From positions 32,922,001 through 32,986,000 of the forward strand of contig NC_058382.1 of NCBI RefSeq assembly GCF_018350175.1: a stretch of DNA of 64,000 nucleotides. Reading direction: 5' to 3'. Below, piece after piece: positions 61,727 through 64,000 of this stretch. The position numbers and the translations under genes were made by a program. Positions within the stretch are counted from its first letter, which is position 1. Each line of letters starts with the position of its first letter. The DNA comes from Felis catus. Its lineage: Eukaryota. The notes under the pieces were generated by a model that had not been told where the DNA came from, made no database searches, and saw nothing but the letters and a program-made list of their open reading frames with translations.

Positions 61727-62125
61727 AAAAAGATTTTAATTAATTAATTAATTTAGAGAGTGTGAACAGGGGAGGAGGGCAGAGGAGAGAGAATCTTAAG
61801 CAAGATTCCCACACTCAGCACGGAGCCTGACTTGGGGCTTGATCTCACCCCAGCCGAAATCAAGAGTCGGTCGCTCCACCCACCGAGCCATCCAGGCACC
61901 CTGGAATTTTTTTTTTTTTGAAGTTTATTTGTTTATTTTGAGAGAGAGACAGAAAGAGGGATCAGGGGAGGGGCAGAGAGAATGAGAGAGAGAGAAAGAG
62001 AGAATCCCAATCTCCGTGCGGACAGCACGGAGCCTGACGTGGGTCTCGAACCCGCAAACTGTGAGATCATGACCTGAGCTGAAACCAAGAGTCGGATGCT
62101 CAACCGACTGAGCCACCCAGGTGCC
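61727..62125 (-). mobile_element. Two stacked Can-SINEs (61727-61900, 61912-62125) at the L1 3' end
   Basis: Target motif ctggaattttt present three times (61716, 61901, 62126). Confidence 0.9.
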
Positions 62126-63789
62126 CTGGAATTTTTTTTTTAAATAGGGTTAACTATGGGCTTGAAGGCATTAGATGCAGCAATATTTGGGGGGAGTTTG
62201 GGAGCCCCCAAATCTCCCCTTCCAGGGCCGCCCACTCTTCGCCTAGGAGTAGGACACACAGGAGATCTGGGAGGCAAAGGGGGCTGAGCGGATGAGATAG
62301 ATGGATGAGGTGAGAAGTCTCTGCCCTCACAGGTTAGCAGGGAGGCTCCTGCTGACAGCATCTGCCATTGAATGAACAGCACCAGGACTGACATTGCCCA
62401 CCCCGCCCCTGCTTCCCCAATGACGTAGAACCAAGGGTAGTGTTGGTGGGATGCAAACACTTAAGCCAGAGAGGAGCTATCACTTCTCTCCTTCAGCCAG
62501 TCAGCTCCCTGAACACCAGGTCCTCTGCCATTGTGCAAACGCCGCAGCCCCATTCGAGAACGGGTCTCAGGCTGGCACTGTGCCATGATAAATGGTGGCA
62601 CGGGAGGTGGGGGGAGATCTTGTTCCAGGGAGGTTGGCATGGACCCGATCTTTGGGGCTCCAGGGGGCAGGACTCACGCGGGTGGGCACCGGCCACACCA
62701 AAGCAGCTGGCCTGCCACCCGCAGAGAAATCTCTCGCGCCCAAGAGTGAAGACATTGGACAACCTGCCTAAGGGGATAGGGTGGCGTCAGCTCCCCCATT
62801 TGGGAGGCTGGGAAGAGCTGGAAGGGCCCAGGTACTAGGCAGGGGATGTGAGGATGGTGCTCGGGGGTCCCAAAGCTCAGACTCTCTGAGCTCAGACTGG
62901 GTCCACTTCCGGCTCATGCCCCAGCGGACTCTCAAAGCCATCAGCAAGGAGGGTGTCCAGCTCGTCAGGAAAAAGTCAATTCCCTAGGGCTTTTACTTAT
63001 AACTTTGTTTGCAGATAGCGAGCCTTTTCCGTCCGGCTCCTCATCCTGATCCTTTCTGCCTGTAACAATCACATTATTTAATTTAGACGAGTGAAGTTAC
63101 CTTAGATCAATTATACTTATTTTTCCTGTGTAATTTCTAAAGCTTAATCTCTCCATTCAGGCCCAGCCTGGGGGACAGGTTGTCTAGCAGAGTCCTAAAC
63201 GATTTCAGCCCTTAATTCGATTGTACTTTTACCGCAGCCCGGGCAGCGAGCATAATTCTTTTAGCCCTAAAATGTCTCATTAGCAATAATCTAATAGCAC
63301 ATATTAAAATATAGGTCACCGAGGTGGGCTGCCGAGTGGAAGACTTGTCATAACTTTGAAAGCTGGACAGCTGACTTGTCCCCACACCACCACACTGCCC
63401 CCACCCCAGGCTTCATTCTAAAACAATTCAGTGAGAACAGCTTAGTTTCTGCAGTTCAAGGTTAAGAAGTAACCTTGGCTAGGAAATAGAGTTGCTATCT
63501 GTCGCCATGGGGTTGGGTGGAGGGAGGTGTTCCTTGCCAACATGACGTAGTGGAAAAGATCTCTGGCCTCAGGCATTTGGGGCTGGGGCCCTTGTCCCAG
63601 CAGTACATGAACTTGCAGAGTGGCCCGGGGGGTATGGCTCTTACTTCTCTGGCCTCAGTTTTCACACCTGTAAAAGGGGAAGATAGCGGAGTTAGATCCA
63701 ATGTTTCCTAAGTTCTGGCACCCTCTGCTCAACTTGTCCTAGTATGCCCTCGGTGTTTTCCTTAAAATCAACTCACTCTTCTTAATTAA

Positions 63790-64000
63790 ATACATTTGTT
63801 TTTAAAAGGAAGTTCAAGTATCAACATGGAAAAATCTCAAGAACATTTGCAGAAAGGTTCATGCAGAATGATGCCATTCGTGTCAACTTTAAACATGCAC
63901 AAAACGATACTTTCTATTGTTTAGACAAGCAAAACTAATCCACGCTGTTAGAGGTCAAGAGAGTGGTTACCTTTGTGGGGGCTGGAGTAGGTAGATGTTC
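63790..64000 (+). mobile_element. Ancient L1ME-like 3' fragment
   Basis: aacatggaaaaatctc...gcaaaactaatccacgctgttagaggtcaagagagtggttacctttg. Confidence 0.55.

Noticed and set aside
1017-62116. Many similar 60-80 aa ORFs (MAQSVKRPT..., MGQRETEHE...) resembling a small-protein family
   Set aside because: All coincide with Can-SINE copies; translation artefacts.

Overview
Mammalian genomic DNA, felid by its SINE content (dense tRNA-derived Can-SINEs, including a young SINEC_Fc-type subfamily); the species cannot be determined. The window holds the 3' half of LPCAT2 on the + strand: six coding exons, all with canonical AG/GT ends, joining into one open frame of 260 aa plus stop, with two EF-hands and a C-terminal KKDD. 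The intronless gene CAPNS2 (251 aa) is nested on the same strand in the 20.4-kb intron. About 21 kb of downstream, repeat-rich sequence has no credible coding gene. I count 35 Can-SINE copies or fragments (many with readable target-site duplications, TSDs), plus L1, L2, L3/CR1, MIR, MER5/MER58, LTRs, microsatellites and three N gaps. There are no rRNA, CRISPR or prokaryotic features, and I see no wholly new gene system. The best leads are: (1) a self-inverted SINE forming a near-perfect hairpin; (2) near-identical inverted young SINEs bracketing the EF-hand exons; (3) two local duplications in the large intron, one bounded by Z-DNA/cruciform-prone microsatellites; (4) substitutions apparently clustered in the CAPNS2 EF5 dimerisation segment; (5) a CR1 reverse-transcriptase fossil with a 64-codon stop-free frame. 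Exon numbers, repeat subfamily names and human-orthologue comparisons are from memory and need database confirmation.
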